A DNA stretch of 64,000 nucleotides from Candidatus Latescibacterota bacterium (GTDB lineage: Bacteria > Latescibacterota > UBA2968). A program made the translations under genes and the position numbers. Location: contig OZ241986.1 of assembly GCA_965204375.1 (NCBI GenBank), forward strand, positions 6,276,850 through 6,340,849, given 5' to 3'. How positions within the stretch are numbered: the stretch's first letter is position 1; every line of letters begins with the position of its first letter. Below the pieces are notes generated by a model. The model did not search any database and was not told the origin of the DNA. It saw only the letters and a program-made list of their open reading frames with translations. Shown here piece by piece: positions 60,413-64,000 of the stretch.

Positions 60413-62719
60413 TCAGAACATCCTCAGAGCATCATCTTGCTTTATAAATTGACCGCCCAAATGATCGTCATATTCCATTTCACAAAATACGATGTCCCCA
60501 TTTTCTGGATCTCTGAATTCATTCTCTTTAACATACCACGCGGGCATTTTGAGTTCATATTCGCGTCTGTCTCTGGGGCTTTCACTCTCTAAGACTTCAT
60601 CACGAAAATCTAACGGGATAACACTTAGCTGAATATATGTTTCTAAACGGGTAAGACGTTGTTCATCATCTTTTATAGGATCTAACATACCGAGAAATTT
60701 TCTTTGGTCATCGTCAACCAGGCTGATAGAATGCTTAAAACCCTCATGGACATCTATACGCTGGTTTTCGTACACTTTTTCGACAATATCTAAAAGTTGT
60801 TGCTCCGTAATATCATGGCCTTGATATTTCGAAAAAATATCAAAAGAACGTTTCAAAAGGCGTTCTTCGGGTTTTTGTTCAGTGCGTATATCATCAAAGT
60901 AAATGCGGTCTGATCCCGGTCCTGGCTGAAAAATGATCACTTGACCATTACGCTCTCGTTTGCGGTTGATTCGGCCTGCGCGTTGTGCTACTGCGTCTGG
61001 CGGCGCACACTCCGTAAACAAAATGTCGAAATTGATATCTAAAGCGACTTCAACTACTTGCGTTGCAATAACCAGGGAAGGATTTTCTTCAAGAATTTTC
61101 TTTTCCTTTTTTTTCCGATCTCTCAAGATAAACTTTGAGTGATAACAAATGGGATCAAAGTCTGCCAACGCTTGTGCAATTTCCTGACAACGTGCAACTG
61201 TATTTACTACAACGAGAACACGTTTGCCTTTGTCAGTCTGGTTGCGAATTTCTTGAAGATGGTTCAACAAATCTTCATCAACGGTTTGATAACGACTGCG
61301 TGCGGCTTGAAGCAATTCCTGATCGCGGACGATTTCTACCGGTGCAGATTTCTCAAGCAAAGATTGAAACATCTCAACCAGAGAACTGGGAAATGTCGCG
61401 CTCATAATCATAAACCTTGCTCCAACCGCTGCAAGTTGCTCAATCGCTTTGCATATCAAGCCCGTGGTATAGGGATCGTAGGAATGCACCTCATCCAACA
61501 CGATTGCAGAATCCTGGGCCGCAAATGTTTTTAACGGCCAACGACCACTATGAAAAAGCGTGGTTAGTAATTGATCCACTGTACCTACTGTAACGGGAGG
61601 AAAAAAGTGGCGATTGAATAACAAATTTCCGTACAGCTTAGATTCTCGTCCTGTACTCTCTTGATTTTCTTCTTTACGCAAAATGAGGTCGGCCATTGAA
61701 TGCGTCAAGCCAACGTGATGGTTATGAGTCGAGAAGAATTTTTCCATACGGTCATGAAGGCTGTTGGCTGTCACCATAGTGGGAAGCAAGTATAAAATTT
61801 TGCTCACATCCCTTTGCTTGATTTGGTTGAGTGCCCACAAAAGGGCAGCTTCTGTTTTTCCACTTCCCGTAGGTGCGACAGCAATAATGTGTCCCTTTAT
61901 TTTTCCACAATTTTCCTGAAATGCTCTAAATCCAGCATAAGATCCTCCGTCCTCTTCAACTTTTCGCTGCAAATATGGTGCGACCAAATCAGGTCCAACC
62001 AGAACATTTGTCGCATAATCTGGATCATTCGACGACGCACACCAATCAGCCGTCATAAGCAATCCCTTCATCAGAACGAATAACTCGCGTGCAGATGAAT
62101 AGTCAGAAACGTATTTATGTAGTTCCCTTGCGAAATTGCATACGGACTGCTTGTGTGCAACTTGAAAACATTTTTCAAAATCAATTTTAGGGTACGGAAC
62201 GCCGTAATCATCAAAGATTTTTTGTGCAACGCGCTTTCCCTCCGCTAAACTGCCCGGTTTCCATTTCAGGCTTTCGGGATTATTTCGCTCGCGTTCAAAA
62301 CGACTGAGGTCTGTATCAACTGTTTTATGATGTCCCAAAACGGCCATGGCTTCCAAAGGAATATGCGGATTTTGCTTGAGCAAAACACCTGTTTCTCTGT
62401 TGAGGCATAAAATAGCAGACCTTACGAAAGCAACTGATGCATATTCATGCCTAAAATTGGCAACCATAGCACGATGGCGTTCAGCATTCGACACAGCACG
62501 CATCATGCGTTGAAAGTTGGCGGACAACTTACCCATATCGTGAAGCGCGACCGTGAGCAGAGACCGGATAAGAAACCGGTCTCTATCCACTTGATGGCGT
62601 TGACAGATACGTTCAATGAGTGCCGCATGTCTCTCTATTAAGTTTTTCCAGGCCAAATAAACCTGCCAGACATGCTGTTCATAACATTCATTGGGACGGC
62701 ACTTAGCAAGAAAAATCAT
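60413..62719 (-). CDS. cas3: CRISPR-associated helicase/nuclease Cas3
   Basis: HD domain (LHDMGK), APTGSGKT, LDEVH, MSAT, ATQVVEVALDI, QRAGRINR. Confidence 0.95.
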   Translation of the reverse strand: MIFLAKCRPNECYEQHVWQVYLAWKNLIERHAALIERICQRHQVDRDRFLIRSLLTVALHDMGKLSANFQRMMRAVSNAERHRAMVANFRHEYASVAFVRSAILCLNRETGVLLKQNPHIPLEAMAVLGHHKTVDTDLSRFERERNNPESLKWKPGSLAEGKRVAQKIFDDYGVPYPKIDFEKCFQVAHKQSVCNFARELHKYVSDYSSARELFVLMKGLLMTADWCASSNDPDYATNVLVGPDLVAPYLQRKVEEDGGSYAGFRAFQENCGKIKGHIIAVAPTGSGKTEAALLWALNQIKQRDVSKILYLLPTMVTANSLHDRMEKFFSTHNHHVGLTHSMADLILRKEENQESTGRESKLYGNLLFNRHFFPPVTVGTVDQLLTTLFHSGRWPLKTFAAQDSAIVLDEVHSYDPYTTGLICKAIEQLAAVGARFMIMSATFPSSLVEMFQSLLEKSAPVEIVRDQELLQAARSRYQTVDEDLLNHLQEIRNQTDKGKRVLVVVNTVARCQEIAQALADFDPICYHSKFILRDRKKKEKKILEENPSLVIATQVVEVALDINFDILFTECAPPDAVAQRAGRINRKRERNGQVIIFQPGPGSDRIYFDDIRTEQKPEERLLKRSFDIFSKYQGHDITEQQLLDIVEKVYENQRIDVHEGFKHSISLVDDDQRKFLGMLDPIKDDEQRLTRLETYIQLSVIPLDFRDEVLESESPRDRREYELKMPAWYVKENEFRDPENGDIVFCEMEYDDHLGGQFIKQDDALRMF

Positions 62720-62721
62720 CG

Positions 62722-62752
62722 GTTTTCATCCTTGTTCTGCACAGGTGCTTTT
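62722..62752 (-). repeat. Degenerate array-type repeat overlapping the cas3 RBS
   Basis: + strand GTTTTCATCCTTGTTCTG vs array GTTTCAATCCTTGTTCTG (16/18). Confidence 0.6.
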
Positions 62753-63457
62753 TCAACGCAAAACCACCTGATAGTCATTGATCACAAATCCATCAACTGG
62801 CTCTGAAAGCGAGATTTTATTGCCCACAAACGTAAAGGGTTCGCGTGTTTGTACGGTTCGTCTATCTCCATCAAAAGAAAACGATACAGGCAGATTCGCC
62901 GTTGAGGTCGGGCGAATCTTTTGGGTCATAGGCAAGTCCAAAATACTTTCATCAGGCTTATAGAGTTGGGCAATATCGCCAGGCACCACGCAGTTCTCCA
63001 GGTTTTGTAGAGGTATGGGATCGGTCTCCAGAACTTCGATATTTCGCAGGTAAATCAAACTGTCGCTATGCCCGGCAGTAAGTGCATATACCGGATCATG
63101 AAACCCATTAGCAACTACATCAGCCGCTTCTTTTGACTGCGTGCCGTAAACAACCAGACAGGTTAAATCCACGCGATATTCTCGAATCAGAACATCCGAA
63201 ATTGTTTCCTTGCTGTTTACCTTGCGATATTTCCACAAATCTCGAAACTCCCCACGATCATGCCCCGCAACTCCAACGGATATGCTATTTTCTACAACAT
63301 AGCTTTGGGCAGACTCCATATCCAGACCGAGAGCAGCACCGAGCAAACCCACACAGGTAGTATATGGCGGCAATGCCAGAGTCTTGTGGAATGTATGGGT
63401 TTCCGCAGTTCTAAATGACGCGGTTTCAGCATACATCTCAAGGGCGACGAGAAACAT
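62753..63457 (-). CDS. cas5: CRISPR-associated Cas5 (type I-B-like)
   Basis: ASFRTAET..FHKTLALPPYTTCVGLLGAALG. Confidence 0.88.
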   Translation of the reverse strand: MFLVALEMYAETASFRTAETHTFHKTLALPPYTTCVGLLGAALGLDMESAQSYVVENSISVGVAGHDRGEFRDLWKYRKVNSKETISDVLIREYRVDLTCLVVYGTQSKEAADVVANGFHDPVYALTAGHSDSLIYLRNIEVLETDPIPLQNLENCVVPGDIAQLYKPDESILDLPMTQKIRPTSTANLPVSFSFDGDRRTVQTREPFTFVGNKISLSEPVDGFVINDYQVVLR

Positions 63458-63460
63458 AAT

Positions 63461-64000
63461 TTATGCTCCGTTCTGACCGTAACAAGACTGGACCCATTCT
63501 TTAATTTGTGAAAAAGCATCACCGACTGTTTTGGTCTCGTCGGGAGTGCCTTCAAATAAACCCGTACGGGAACCGAACACCGATCCGAGCACAACATTTT
63601 TATGATCTTCTAACACCTCTTCAAGCATCGCGCTACTTACTATCCTGCCTTGCACTTGAACGGATTCGAGAAAAATTGGGGCTTTAACCGTTGTAATAGC
63701 CGCAGCGACAAATTTGGGACTCAGATCCGCCAAGAATCGACTTTGACGGCCAGAACTCCACAAATTTTGCAATGCATTGAGCAGGGCTTCTACGCGCTCA
63801 GATTTTTCCTTATTATCTATGTCATTCTCAAATTCTTCGCCAGAACCAATGCGATCCAATTCGATCAAAATTGTACCGCGATAAAGCCCGCCATGTATTT
63901 CAGTTTCAAAGATGTTGGGATTTCCTCCCGCTTCTACACCCATATAATTGGTTCCAAAGTCCAGATCACCCTGGTAGGCACCTTGAGCGACCAAAGGTGA
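63461..64000 (-). CDS. cas7: CRISPR-associated Cas7 (Cst2/DevR-like), 5'-truncated by the window
   Basis: NIFETEIH.GLYRGTILIELDRIG, GRQSRFLADLSPKF; directly upstream of cas5. Confidence 0.82.
   Translation of the reverse strand, partial: SPLVAQGAYQGDLDFGTNYMGVEAGGNPNIFETEIHGGLYRGTILIELDRIGSGEEFENDIDNKEKSERVEALLNALQNLWSSGRQSRFLADLSPKFVAAAITTVKAPIFLESVQVQGRIVSSAMLEEVLEDHKNVVLGSVFGSRTGLFEGTPDETKTVGDAFSQIKEWVQSCYGQNGA

Overview
Bacterial chromosomal window. Gene content (GWxTD, DUF4159/DUF4175, RNase Y) suggests an FCB-group lineage such as Latescibacterota/Gemmatimonadota; this is an inference. About 1-25.9 kb and 39.5-51.4 kb are housekeeping genes (dusA, lipA, miaB, queG, rny, sod, pan/fol genes, murD, a MoxR/TPR/DUF4175/DUF4159 cluster, cell-wall recycling genes). 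A ~13.7 kb defence island (25.8-39.5 kb) interrupts the DUF4175-TPR-MoxR cluster. It encodes a PLD-SNF2 helicase, an Eco57I-like adenine methyltransferase, an ABC-ATPase/HEPN-like protein, AIPR, two orphan higA genes and an in-frame fusion of the methyltransferase N-terminal domain to a sigma-70 factor. The right end is a type I-B-like CRISPR-Cas locus (cas7 partial, cas5, cas3, cas1, cas2, cas4, 59-repeat array). It has several unusual features: (i) a DUF3800 gene with a promoter-driven antisense structured RNA inserted between duplicated cas1 5' ends; (ii) degenerate CRISPR repeats forming the ribosome-binding sites of cas3 and of a cas1 stub; (iii) an orphan type I-E repeat; (iv) a trailer region where a 47-aa membrane-protein gene and a tRNA-like RNA with its own promoter lie between repeats. 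Family assignments come from motif recognition only; no database searches were run.
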